Positions 1 to 9,543 of a stretch of 64,000 nucleotides of DNA are shown in pieces. Each line of letters begins with the position of its first letter. Within the stretch, counting starts at the first letter, position 1. The notes under the pieces are model-generated. The model was not told where the DNA came from, searched no databases, and worked only from the letters and a program-made list of their open reading frames with translations. The stretch spans positions 12,680 through 76,679 of the forward strand of contig JALOQM010000002.1 in NCBI GenBank assembly GCA_025453495.1, in the 5' to 3' direction. This stretch comes from Minisyncoccota bacterium. GTDB taxonomy: Bacteria > Patescibacteriota > Minisyncoccia > Phycocordibacterales > UBA9973. Made by a program: the position numbers and the translations under genes.

Positions 1-45
1 ACAATGAAAGCTTTTCGCTTTCAGATAGAGTAAAAGTACATAATC

Positions 46-129
46 GCGCAGGTGGCGAAATTGGTAGACGCACTACCTTGAGGTGGTAGCGCCCGCAAGG
101 GCATGGAAGTTCAAATCTTCTCCTGCGCA
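46..129 (+). tRNA. tRNA-Leu (anticodon GAG), type II with long variable arm
   Basis: Manual fold: acceptor GCGCAGG/CCTGCGC, anticodon stem CTACC/GGTAG with loop TTGAGGT (GAG), long variable arm, T-loop TTCAAAT. CCA not encoded. Confidence 0.8.
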
Positions 130-210
130 CAGGGATAACATTGTTTTATTGATTTTTATAGCAGTTTATAGTAGTATCCGAGGGTAATTAATTAGATATA
201 TTCCTAACAT

Positions 211-372
211 ATGGCATCACAAGACAGACTCATAAAGCTCGCCTGCACAGCCTGTAAACGCGTGACCCACTGGTCAAGCAAGAATAAAAAGCTCGTTACT
301 AGAAAAATTGAGCTCAAAAAGTACTGCAAATGGTGTAAGGGGCAGGAGCCACACAAAGAAACAAAAAAATAA
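211..372 (+). CDS. rpmG: 50S ribosomal protein L33
   Basis: 53-aa ORF MASQDRLIKLACTACKRVTHWSSKNKKLVTRKIELKKYCKWCKGQEPHKETKK with two CxxC pairs typical of L33. Under 60 aa, so absent from the ORF track. Confidence 0.8.
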   Translation: MASQDRLIKLACTACKRVTHWSSKNKKLVTRKIELKKYCKWCKGQEPHKETKK

Positions 373-376
373 AAAA

Positions 377-407
377 GAAAATCCCACCAAGGGATTTTCT
401 TTTTTTA
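377..407 (+). terminator. Rho-independent terminator after rpmG
   Basis: Hairpin AAATCCC-ACCAA-GGGATTT followed by a T-run. Confidence 0.7.
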
Positions 408-526
408 GCAGCAGAGTGAGATTACAAAACTAGAGTTTCTTGTGAATGAATGCAAGCTAGATCTAGCTATAAGACTTCGATTGCTGAAGTAGGTAATCCT
501 GTCCTTGCGGCCCTGTGCCTTACTCT

Positions 527-1331
527 TTAATCTCTTTCGACAAACCAAGGAGGATCAGAATGCCACTTTTTTTGTCCCCAGAAATATACTGTTGGCATAT
601 CGGGTAGCACAACTTGAAGTTTTAGATCAGAAAACGCATGGAATATATATCCTTTGAACTCATTTTCCAACATTGTCTTTTCAATATCACGCATCGCATA
701 ATATTTTTTGAGCTGCGATACGAGGAACATCTTTTTTGTTTCGGAGAAGTGCGCCCTGTTCAATTTTTCCTCGCTCTGTAATAGCATCCCACCACCCCTG
801 AGGTCTTTTCTGTATATCGTCAGCTATTCTCTCAAAACTGATTCCATATCTATTCCATAAGGTATCAAGGAAAATATATTTGAATCCGTATTGATTGAAT
901 AAGGGAATTATGCTTTCAATATATGAATCTATATATTCCTTTGGATACCCATTATTAATTCCATGCATATTGGCAAATACAAAAGTAAACTCTATGCCTG
1001 ATGTGTAGACAGTTTTAATCTCTTCATTTAATTTACTCAAAAAAACACAGGATGCTTCGTCTGCCTAGTTTCATTCTTCTTTAGGTCCTACACCCCAAAA
1101 GCCAACAAGACGGATAGGTCTTTTTTGTGACACAGTTTCTTCTATAAAGCCATGGATATTCTGGCTGAGATGAGGATTCCCGCGAGTATATTTTCGCTTG
1201 ATCAGAATCTTGTAAGTTTCATCTGGAATGTTAATAGACATATTTTTATAGATAATATAGGCACTTGAGTCATACGATACTTTATCTTCTTGGCGGGCGA
1301 TGAGAAAATCGGTCAGGAGTTCTGCGTTCAT
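527..1331 (-). pseudogene. Degraded gene: three consecutive minus-strand ORF fragments (possible hydrolase-like protein), interrupted by stops and a frameshift
   Basis: ORFs 1071..1331 and 687..1040 share one frame and are separated only by TGA-AAC-TAG. ORF 527..787 overlaps the previous one by 100 nt in another frame. Together they look like one ~270-aa gene broken up. Confidence 0.4.
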
Positions 1332-1435
1332 CGTCGCTCACACATCCTCACGACCCTCGCTCGGTATCTCGCATTGCTATGCTCAATATACCTGCGCTTA
1401 TCGATTCCCTCGGACAAGCGATGCTTGTCCATTGC

Positions 1436-1505
1436 GGGCGATGAGGGAATCGAACCCCCGACATCGGTTTTGGAGACCGAAGTTATGCCACTTAACTAAT
1501 CGCCC
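1436..1505 (-). tRNA. tRNA-Trp (anticodon CCA)
   Basis: Reverse complement GGGCGAT...ATCGCCC with anticodon stem TCGGT/ACCGA, loop CTCCAAA and T-loop GGTTCGATTCC. The plus-strand ORFs overlapping it are spurious. Confidence 0.75.
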
Positions 1506-1585
1506 TTTTGTGCAAAAGTATACTACAATGTGCTATTTTTCAAAACTACTCTATCATTTCTAATCTATTCTATAATTCTAACGAA

Positions 1586-2500
1586 TTATAGAATAGTATG
1601 AGTAGGTTGTAGAAATTTTTTGATCATACGCAATACTTTTTTGCGTTCAGAAATTTTTCTTGGGTCGATCCAGATGATGTTTTTGTTTCTTTTGAACCAT
1701 GTTTCTTGGCGCTTTGCATACTGGAATATCTCATTTGTAAGCTGTTCGATCATTTCTGTTTTTGTAATACTGCCTTGGAGATACCGTGCTTGGTAGCGAT
1801 ACTCAAGTCCAAGTGCCTCCATGCGTTTGTAGGAAAGTCCATTTGTATGTAGTCGTTTCGCTTCGGCAAGCATACCAGCTTTTAATCGTTTCAAAAGACG
1901 TATTTGTATTTTTTGCTTGAGTATCTCGCGGGGAAGTGAAAAGCCAATCACAAGCGACTGCCATTTTTGCTCAGTTTTTATATAGGGCACTTTTCCAAGA
2001 TGCTTCACAATCTCGATTGCACGTATCAAGCGCACTGGATTGTTTTGATCAATTGTCAGTGCCCGTTTGGGATCATGTTTTTTGAGTATATTGAAAAGTT
2101 CGGCTGTTGAATATTTCTCGAGTGTATCACGGAGCTTTTTGTTCGGCGGAACTTCAGGATATTCTTTTCCAAAGACTACTGCATCGATATAGAAGCCTGT
2201 GCCACCGCAGAGAATCGGTACTTTTTTTCGCTTTAAAATATCTCTTATGCTTTTATCAGAAAGGCGAGTGAAGTCTGCCACAGTAAATTGCCGCTTTGGG
2301 TTTACGACGTCAAGCAGATGGTGTGGAACTTCGCGCATTTCCTTTTTTGTGATCTTGCCTGTGCCGATAGCAAGTCCTTTGTATACTTGACGTGAGTCAG
2401 CAGAAATGATTTCACCATCAATCGCTCGAGCGACTTCGACTGCAAAATCACTTTTCCCAGTTGCCGTCTGTCCAACGATAGCGATGAGTTTTTGAGTCAT
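1586..2500 (-). CDS. miaA: tRNA dimethylallyltransferase (tRNA isopentenyltransferase)
   Basis: N-terminal P-loop GQTATGKS, then ADSRQVYKGLAIGTGK and VPHHLLD, all MiaA hallmarks. 304 aa. Confidence 0.85.
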   Translation of the reverse strand: MTQKLIAIVGQTATGKSDFAVEVARAIDGEIISADSRQVYKGLAIGTGKITKKEMREVPHHLLDVVNPKRQFTVADFTRLSDKSIRDILKRKKVPILCGGTGFYIDAVVFGKEYPEVPPNKKLRDTLEKYSTAELFNILKKHDPKRALTIDQNNPVRLIRAIEIVKHLGKVPYIKTEQKWQSLVIGFSLPREILKQKIQIRLLKRLKAGMLAEAKRLHTNGLSYKRMEALGLEYRYQARYLQGSITKTEMIEQLTNEIFQYAKRQETWFKRNKNIIWIDPRKISERKKVLRMIKKFLQPTHTIL

Positions 2501-4023
2501 TAGCGTTCGGTTAGTACAGTAATGTCTGCACCGACCTCATTTAGGCGCTCAGTGATATTTTCAAATCCACGGTTGATCATATAGACATTGCGGAGGATCG
2601 ATGTACCTGGAGCAGCAAGCATGGCAATCATGATGACGACAGAAGGGCGAAGTGCTGGCGGACAGACGATCTGCGCGGCTTTTAGTGGTGTACCACCATC
2701 AATATATAAACGATGGGGGTCAGCGAGTGTGATATGTGCGCCAAGGCGGTTGAGTTCTGTCAGATAAATTGCTCGGTTCTCATAGACCCAATCATGAATA
2801 AGTGTTTGCCCTTTTGCTTTTATTGCTGGAATAACAAAATAAGGCAGATTATCCATATTTACTCCAGGATAGGGATTGGAATGGATTTTGTCATCGAGTG
2901 CAACGAGTTTTGATGGATAGATGGTTACATTGGTAAGATTAGTGCGACCATTTGCACTTGTATACTGTTTGCCGATTTTGTACTTGAGTCCCATCTTTCC
3001 GAGTTTATAGAGTTCAAGTGTAAGAAAGTCGATAGGCACATGACTTATGGTGAGTGTCGAATCAGTCGCAATTGCAGCTGCGATAAATGTCATTGATTCG
3101 ATAGGATCCTCACTATTGTGATACTCAATGGTTGTATTAATATCTGCGACGCCATGTACGATGAGCGTCGAGGTACCGATGCCATCGATTTGTACTCCAC
3201 ATTTCTCAAGAAAGAAACACATTTCTTGTACCATGTAGTTTGCGCTGGTGAATTGTATAGTTGTCGTGCCCGGGATCTTTGCGGCAGCCATAAGGACATT
3301 TTCTGCTGCTGTGTCTCCAGCTTCATACATGATGACAGTATTTGCTATTTTTCGTGGCGCGGTTATAAGGTAGTTGTGTTGAGTTACCTCAATTTTAATA
3401 CCGAGTTCTTCAAGTCCGTATTGATGTGCAGCGATAGTGCGCTTGCCGAGATGACAGCCCTGCGCGTGAGGGATTGAGAGCGAAGGGAGGAGGTGGATGA
3501 GTGGACCGATCGTCATGAGAATTGATCGTGTCTTTATAGCAGCTTCGGCATCAAGCTTTTTGAGATTTGGTTTTTTGGGTGGTGTTATCTCTACGGTATT
3601 TTTCTCGATCCATTTTATTGTTGTACCGATTGATTCGAGGATTTCAATAACACGATAGACTTCCTCAATGCGTGCAATGCCGTGGAGGATGGTTTTACCG
3701 CGATTGAGGAGTGCGGCGCACAAGAGTCCTACTGAGCCGTTTTTTGAGTAATTGGTACGGATAGTGCCAGAGAGTTTGCGTCCGCCACGGATTTCAAAGT
3801 CAATTGAACTATTGATCGCTACTACTTTGTGATCAAGAATTTTCGATATTTTTTCAAGGGCACCAGTAGTGAAATTTTGTTCGCCTTTTTCCATTCGTGC
3901 TACTGCGCTTTGTGAAGTACCAAGTGCTTGGGCAAAAGCGCCTTGTGTAATACCGCGTGACTCACGAAGTGTTCTTATGAAACTACCAATTTTTTGTTGT
4001 TCAGAAGATTGTTTCTTTTTCAT
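2500..4023 (-). CDS. murA: UDP-N-acetylglucosamine 1-carboxyvinyltransferase with an N-terminal XRE-family HTH domain (fusion)
   Basis: Residues ~10-70 form an HTH_XRE motif (GITQGAFAQALGTSQSAVARMEKGEQN). The remaining ~420 aa is an EPT/MurA fold (GGRKLSGTIRTNYSKNGSVGLLCAALL..., C-terminal PGTSILRNVYMINRGFENI). Confidence 0.8.
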   Translation of the reverse strand: MKKKQSSEQQKIGSFIRTLRESRGITQGAFAQALGTSQSAVARMEKGEQNFTTGALEKISKILDHKVVAINSSIDFEIRGGRKLSGTIRTNYSKNGSVGLLCAALLNRGKTILHGIARIEEVYRVIEILESIGTTIKWIEKNTVEITPPKKPNLKKLDAEAAIKTRSILMTIGPLIHLLPSLSIPHAQGCHLGKRTIAAHQYGLEELGIKIEVTQHNYLITAPRKIANTVIMYEAGDTAAENVLMAAAKIPGTTTIQFTSANYMVQEMCFFLEKCGVQIDGIGTSTLIVHGVADINTTIEYHNSEDPIESMTFIAAAIATDSTLTISHVPIDFLTLELYKLGKMGLKYKIGKQYTSANGRTNLTNVTIYPSKLVALDDKIHSNPYPGVNMDNLPYFVIPAIKAKGQTLIHDWVYENRAIYLTELNRLGAHITLADPHRLYIDGGTPLKAAQIVCPPALRPSVVIMIAMLAAPGTSILRNVYMINRGFENITERLNEVGADITVLTER

Positions 4024-4104
4024 TGAAAGTAGAATAGTACTTATAATTTTTTTCGCTTCACTACACTTTGAGCAAGCAAGACCGCATGCAACTCATATAT
4101 TTGC

Positions 4105-4126
4105 AGTATATCATATATGATATACT
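4105..4126. promoter_or_regulatory. Perfect 22-bp palindrome AGTATATCATATATGATATACT in the divergent murA/murB intergenic region; candidate operator
   Basis: Exact self-complementarity seen directly. It lies 7 nt upstream of the murB ATG and ~80 nt upstream of the HTH-murA start. Confidence 0.5.
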
Positions 4127-4132
4127 TTTTGC

Positions 4133-5158
4133 ATGCTGGAAAAAGAAGAAAACGCTCTAATTGGATCGCACACGAGCTTTGGTGTTGGGGGACGGGTCGC
4201 TTACTTGGTGCGGATCAAAACTGAAGCTGCTATTCCAAGGGCGATTGCACTTGCAAAACAAGAAGGACTCCCGCTCTATTATCTTGGCCAAGGGTCAAAT
4301 ACGTTATTTGGTGATGGGCTTGTCGCTGCAGTAGTACTCAAGATTGAAATTTCTGGCTTTACTGTAGCTTCAGAGACTGATGTGTATGCAGACATTTTGA
4401 TCGGTGCGGGTGAGAATTGGGATAGCGTTGTCAAACAAGCGATTGACCGTGGACTCTCTGGGATTGAAGCAATGTCAGCAATACCTGGGACGTCGGGAGC
4501 AACTCCATTTCAAAATGTAGGTGCCTACGGTCAAGAGATCAAAGATACACTTATTTCTGTACGCGCATATGATACTAAGACAGAGGCGTTTGTCAGTCTT
4601 TCAAATGCTGAATGCAAATTCGGCTATCGTGACAGCGTATTTAGAAGTGGTGAAAAAAACAGATATGTGATTACCTCGATTACACTCAGACTCTCAAAGA
4701 AACCACCATGTGTGCCTGAGTATCCAGGTGTACAAAATTATTTTGCCGAAAAGGGAATAGCTGTGCCGACACTGCATGACATACGAGAAGCGATTATTGC
4801 TATCAGAAGTACGAAGTTACCAGATCCGAAGCGTATACGTAATGCTGGTTCGTTTTTCAAAAATCCAATAGTTTCTACTATGACGGTTATTGCACTCAAG
4901 CAATCATATCCTGATATCGTTAGTCACCCGACAGCAGACGGAATGATGAAACTCTCCGCAGGGTGGCTTATCGAACGTGCGGGCCTCAAAGGGTGCTCAT
5001 TTGGTACTGTTGGGATATACGAGAAAAATGCGCTTGTGCTTATAAACAAAGGAGATGCAACATTTGCAGATGTTATGGCAGCAAAAGAATATGTCATAGA
5101 GAAGGTAAAAGATTCTTTTGGTATTGAACTTGAACCTGAGCCGATTTGTATACAGTAA
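4133..5158 (+). CDS. murB: UDP-N-acetylenolpyruvoylglucosamine reductase
   Basis: FAD-binding-domain motifs (GVGGRVAYLV, LGQGSNTLF) and a MurB C-terminal domain. 341 aa. Confidence 0.8.
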   Translation: MLEKEENALIGSHTSFGVGGRVAYLVRIKTEAAIPRAIALAKQEGLPLYYLGQGSNTLFGDGLVAAVVLKIEISGFTVASETDVYADILIGAGENWDSVVKQAIDRGLSGIEAMSAIPGTSGATPFQNVGAYGQEIKDTLISVRAYDTKTEAFVSLSNAECKFGYRDSVFRSGEKNRYVITSITLRLSKKPPCVPEYPGVQNYFAEKGIAVPTLHDIREAIIAIRSTKLPDPKRIRNAGSFFKNPIVSTMTVIALKQSYPDIVSHPTADGMMKLSAGWLIERAGLKGCSFGTVGIYEKNALVLINKGDATFADVMAAKEYVIEKVKDSFGIELEPEPICIQ

Positions 5159-5265
5159 GATAGTTCTTTGAAATAGAGTGATTTCAGGACATTGGATGAG
5201 TATACGAGAATATTGACTTTTATACTATAATATGATATAAAGTAGTCAGAACAAACTAAAAACCA

Positions 5266-5529
5266 ATGGTCTTTAAAATCCTCTTTTCTTTTGCCATAAC
5301 TATCGCTTTTATGTGGGCGATAGTGCGCGCTATCACTAAAATTATGGGTCTCAAAAAGTTGGATGATTGGTATGTCCGAAAATCAAAAGACATACTAAAA
5401 TTCATTTGGAAACACCTTTTCAAAGTACCAGCCATCTATTTATGGAAGCATTACAAGAAAGAAGTTCTCAGCTTCTTCGGTGGTGTTGTGATTACACTCA
5501 TAGTATTACACCAATGCGGTCTTATCTGA
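5266..5529 (+). CDS. Small hypothetical membrane protein
   Basis: 87-aa ORF with two hydrophobic segments. No recognisable family. Confidence 0.35.
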   Translation: MVFKILFSFAITIAFMWAIVRAITKIMGLKKLDDWYVRKSKDILKFIWKHLFKVPAIYLWKHYKKEVLSFFGGVVITLIVLHQCGLI

Positions 5530-5555
5530 GTAGATAGGATCGCATTTCGTTTTTG

Positions 5556-5637
5556 TGCCCGAGGTGGGAATCGAACCCACACATCTTTCGATACACGATT
5601 TTGAGTCGTGCGCGTCTACCAATTCCGCCACTCGGGC
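5556..5637 (-). tRNA. tRNA-Leu (anticodon CAA), type II
   Basis: Reverse complement GCCCGAGTGGCGGAATTGGTAGACGC..., anticodon loop CTCAAAA (CAA), long variable arm, T-loop GGTTCGATTCC. Confidence 0.8.
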
Positions 5638-5747
5638 ATGTTATATATTTTTAAAAAATCTTTACCAATTCGCGCGACCGCTATCAGATAGGCGCAACTC
5701 GAACACGGAAAATCAAATAACTCACTGAGTATAGTGCACTTTTTTAC

Positions 5748-6785
5748 ATGAAGCAAACTTGTGCTACAATGCTCCTATATTTTTATTTACATACCATGTC
5801 TCAACTTTACAGCGATTCAATATTTTGGATAGAAACAGAAAAAATTAAGCCAAACCCGTATCAGCCGCGTCGTGAATTTGACGAGCGTGCACTTCGTGAT
5901 CTTGCGGATTCCATCCGTCAGTACGGTATTCTCCAGCCGTTGACTGTCTCTCGTATTGAAATCGAAAAGCCCGAAGGTGGTCTTGCAGTTGAATACGAAC
6001 TCATTGCTGGTGAACGTCGCCTGCGTGCTTCAAAGATCGCTGGGCTTGCACAAGTGCCTGTTGTTATCCGTGTCGGAGATGATTCGATGGCGAAGCTTGA
6101 GCTTGCGATCATCGAAAATCTACAGCGTGAAGATCTCAATGCTGTTGATCGTGCCCGGGCTTTTATGCGTTTTGTCGATGAATTTAGTTTCACTCATGCA
6201 CAGATCGGAGTGAAGGTGGGGAAGAGTCGTGAATATGTCTCAAATACACTCCGACTTCTCACGCTTCCAGAAGAGATATTGCAAGCGCTCTCAGAAGGGA
6301 AAATCAGCGAAGGACATACACGACCGATCATGATGCTCAATGATCGTCCAGAAGAGCAAATGACACTTTTTAAAGAAGTACTCTTCAAGAAGATCACTGT
6401 ACGTGAAGCAGAACGGATTGCACGACATATTGCACATGACAAGATACGCAAGCGTGAACTTGCTCCTGATCCTGAGATTATCCAAATTGAAGGCGTTCTC
6501 AAAGAAAAACTAGGAACACGAGTAAATATTGAGCGCAAAGAGACTGGAGGACACATCACTATTCACTTCTTCGACAATGACGAACTCAAGCACATCATTG
6601 ATATGCTACAAGCAAAGCAGAGTGAGATAGCAGCACAAACCGAAGCTATTACTCCAGAGACTGCTGCTCCAGAAGTGCTTCAAGAGGATAATGCACCAAT
6701 TGATGATCGTTCACCAGAAGAGATCAAGCAGGAAGAAGATATAGATGACGCTGATCTGTATAACATCAAGAATTTCTCTCTCTAG
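5748..6785 (+). CDS. parB: ParB/Spo0J-family partition protein with a long acidic C-terminal tail. The true start is probably the Met at 5796.
   Basis: ParB box IKPNPYQPRREF and HTH region LIAGERRLRASKIAGLAQVPVVIR. No parA nearby. Confidence 0.75.
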   Translation: MKQTCATMLLYFYLHTMSQLYSDSIFWIETEKIKPNPYQPRREFDERALRDLADSIRQYGILQPLTVSRIEIEKPEGGLAVEYELIAGERRLRASKIAGLAQVPVVIRVGDDSMAKLELAIIENLQREDLNAVDRARAFMRFVDEFSFTHAQIGVKVGKSREYVSNTLRLLTLPEEILQALSEGKISEGHTRPIMMLNDRPEEQMTLFKEVLFKKITVREAERIARHIAHDKIRKRELAPDPEIIQIEGVLKEKLGTRVNIERKETGGHITIHFFDNDELKHIIDMLQAKQSEIAAQTEAITPETAAPEVLQEDNAPIDDRSPEEIKQEEDIDDADLYNIKNFSL

Positions 6786-6915
6786 GTTTTGCCCATATCT
6801 CAAATAAGGTCAATTGCAATAAAAAACTACCAGTATATATTGGTGGTTTTTTTGCTGGACTTTTAATACTTTTTGTGTTACTATATATTTAGTTGTATCA
6901 CTGTTCTTTCCAAAC

Positions 6916-8547
6916 ATGTCGATTTATTTGATACACATAATTCGACAATCAAACCAAAAACAATATCATATGAATCCAATCCCGATATTCCAGTCGACTT
7001 CCGCGTTTACCAGGAAGTACCAGAATTACTTTAAAATTATTCTGCTGTTTGCAGTTGCAATTGCAATCAACGCAGCGAGTGTTTATGTTTTTCAGTACCT
7101 CTTATGGAGAGGGGAAGCCGACCCTGATGCAAAAGCAACCGGGACAACTCTCTGGGTAATGTCACTCATACTGTTTTTCGGGTGGGCATGCCTTGAGCTT
7201 ACTAAGATATCAAAGAATCAGCCAAAAGGAAACATTTTTCCATCCTTTGCACTCCAACTTCTCCTAAGTATTATTCTGCATGATGCACTTTCTCCACTTT
7301 CGTTTGAATTACGGACAATGGTGGTCACCTGCACAATTCTCGGTTCAGTAATTTTGAAATTTGGCGGTGACGAAGTAGAACGGACATTATTTCGAAAAAT
7401 TGCTCTGCCTACTATCTTTATTGCAGTTGTCGGATATATTGTCATGTTCAGTAGTACACTAGGAATACTGTTTGGTCTCAATTACTTCTTTCCTGGTTTT
7501 ATAGATCCAACAACAGCAGTATTGTTTTCAGCGCTTATGGGATCCACAGATCCTGCAGCGCTGATGTCGACCCTCACTGGAGTGCCTTTTAAAGAAAGAC
7601 ACAAAAAGCTTGTTGGGGTTAGTGTTGCTGAATCTGCAATTAACGATGCAGTCTGTGCAATTTTTGTGACAGTACTGATAGATATGGCGGTAAAAGGCTA
7701 TGCTGTAGATACTTTTGCAAGTATTTTTTCAGGACTTGCAGAAGTTCATAATCTCGTGCATTTTGGTCTTGAAGTTTCTGTCGGGGTTTTGGCTGGTCTT
7801 GTTGGTTGGGCTTGTATGTGGCTATACGAACGTCATAAGTTTATTCACAATGAGACAAATTTTGACCTCATGATTCCACTTGCTGTTCCATTGTTCACAT
7901 ATCTATTGTCGTGGATATTTTTTGGAAATGGTTTTCTTGCTGCATTTGTTGCTGGCTTGATGGCCAACTATAATCACAACAATCATGGTAAGGAAAAAGA
8001 TCAAAGAAAAAGTGATCAAAAGAAACCGATTTTCGACCACACCCTCAAGGTTATGGATACGAAGATTGAATCAATTGCAAAACCTGTCATCTTCATGATG
8101 GCTGGCCCGTTAATTTCGTTAGGAGATTTGGCAAATACAGCAGGCACAGGATTTGTGATTTCACTTCTCTTTATCTTAGTAGCTCGCCCGCTTGCAGTTT
8201 TTTCATCACTACTGCTTGCGAATGGAGCAACTTATGTGTTGTCGAGAATATTTCCATCACGAGAATATTCTATGATTTCATGGCGTGAAATGTTGTTCAT
8301 GTGTGTTGTTGGAGAGCGAGGTGTTATCCCGATCATTCTAACAGTTGTGACTCTGGCAAAATTACCTCATCTTACAACATTGTTGCCATTTGTCGCTTGG
8401 GTCGTGATCTGGACGCTGACGCTACTTCCTGCTATCACTCCGTGGTGGGCAAGAAAACTTGACCTAACGGAAACAGTCGGAAAGGAGGAAAAGAATGGAG
8501 AAGAGCACAATCATTCACTGGGTGCGGAAGCTTCTGTGCATGTTTAA
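6916..8547 (+). CDS. Cation/proton antiporter, CPA1 (NhaP-like) family
   Basis: ~12 TM segments with an NhaP-like motif LMGSTDPAAL (compare ATDPVAV). 543 aa. Confidence 0.45.
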   Translation: MSIYLIHIIRQSNQKQYHMNPIPIFQSTSAFTRKYQNYFKIILLFAVAIAINAASVYVFQYLLWRGEADPDAKATGTTLWVMSLILFFGWACLELTKISKNQPKGNIFPSFALQLLLSIILHDALSPLSFELRTMVVTCTILGSVILKFGGDEVERTLFRKIALPTIFIAVVGYIVMFSSTLGILFGLNYFFPGFIDPTTAVLFSALMGSTDPAALMSTLTGVPFKERHKKLVGVSVAESAINDAVCAIFVTVLIDMAVKGYAVDTFASIFSGLAEVHNLVHFGLEVSVGVLAGLVGWACMWLYERHKFIHNETNFDLMIPLAVPLFTYLLSWIFFGNGFLAAFVAGLMANYNHNNHGKEKDQRKSDQKKPIFDHTLKVMDTKIESIAKPVIFMMAGPLISLGDLANTAGTGFVISLLFILVARPLAVFSSLLLANGATYVLSRIFPSREYSMISWREMLFMCVVGERGVIPIILTVVTLAKLPHLTTLLPFVAWVVIWTLTLLPAITPWWARKLDLTETVGKEEKNGEEHNHSLGAEASVHV

Positions 8548-8653
8548 TAAATATCTATCAGATCACAGGAACTTTTCTTTCAGACTCGGTTCTCACTTCC
8601 GAAGTACAGAATGGCTTGACAATAAAACAAAAGAAGGCAATTAATGTACATTA

Positions 8654-8690
8654 AAAATCCCCGCATAGAGCGGGGATTTCTTTTTTTTTG
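8654..8690. terminator. Bidirectional rho-independent terminator between the convergent antiporter and DsbA-like genes
   Basis: Hairpin AAATCCCCGC-ATAG-AGCGGGGATTT with T-runs on both strands. Confidence 0.75.
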
Positions 8691-8691
8691 C

Positions 8692-9543
8692 TTATCTAAT
8701 ACCAGCTGACCGGATCGTTTTTTCCATGTCAGTATAGTTGTAGGCACCAGCGTACAGTGTCTCATTGAGATAAAATCCTGGCGTACCTTGCGCATTTAAA
8801 CTTACTGCAATCTCTTTGTCGATAGCAAGTTGTCCATCGTAGCTCCCACCCGCTAGGCATGTCTTGAGCAGGGTGGTGTCGACAGCTCCAGAGAGAAATT
8901 CGACAAATTCTCCTGATCTTGCAGTATCATTTTTGACACTTTCGATAAGAGTAAAGCCAGTATTGCTCATGATACGATCGTGTGCTTCCCAAAATTTCCC
9001 TTGCTCGTGTGCACAGTAGAGTGCTTTCATCGCAACTTCACCGGTCCCATGACCTGGATAGTAGACATAGGCAAATGCTATTTCTCCTTTATCAAGTAAA
9101 TTTTTGAATTCTGGTACTGGTGCTACATACGTGCCACCATCAGCAACAAGTGTAAATCTTGGTCCTGCCATTTTATTGAGTTCACTGTTTTTTCCACCTG
9201 CAACTTGGCAGTACGGGCAGCTCGGATCAGCGATTTCAATGACCGTAAGTTTTGCATCTGGATTGCCGAAGCGAATCGTGCTCTTTGCAAATGCGTCTTT
9301 GACCGCAGCAAGCGATACTTTTTGACCCGCTGGAGCTGCTTGTGGTTGTGCTGGCTGCTTTGTCGTCCCGCCAGTCTCTGTCTGAAATGCCGCATAGCCG
9401 AAAGTAAGCACTGCGACGACAAGTGCAATTGAGGCGAGCATCTTTGCTGCATCAGCCTTTTTAATAGCTTCTTCAAGAGAAGCTGGTTCTGTTTGTTTTT
9501 GTTCCATACACTCTATCGTAGACACAGAGCGTGATAGAGTCAA
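8692..9543 (-). CDS. DsbA-family thiol:disulfide oxidoreductase (thioredoxin fold), membrane-anchored
   Basis: CPYC active-site motif (IADPSCPYCQ), N-terminal TM helix and DsbA-like helical insertion. The start may be the second Met (MEQKQ). Confidence 0.65.
   Translation of the reverse strand: MTLSRSVSTIECMEQKQTEPASLEEAIKKADAAKMLASIALVVAVLTFGYAAFQTETGGTTKQPAQPQAAPAGQKVSLAAVKDAFAKSTIRFGNPDAKLTVIEIADPSCPYCQVAGGKNSELNKMAGPRFTLVADGGTYVAPVPEFKNLLDKGEIAFAYVYYPGHGTGEVAMKALYCAHEQGKFWEAHDRIMSNTGFTLIESVKNDTARSGEFVEFLSGAVDTTLLKTCLAGGSYDGQLAIDKEIAVSLNAQGTPGFYLNETLYAGAYNYTDMEKTIRSAGIR

Noticed and set aside
1290-1563. Plus-strand ORFs 1290..1499 and 1300..1563
   Set aside because: They overlap tRNA-Trp on the opposite strand and have no coding signature, so they are spurious.
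5918-6559. Antisense ORFs inside parB, and similar ones inside dsbA, groEL, the 1275-aa gene and others
   Set aside because: They lie fully inside well-supported genes on the other strand and give low-complexity translations, typical of shadow ORFs.
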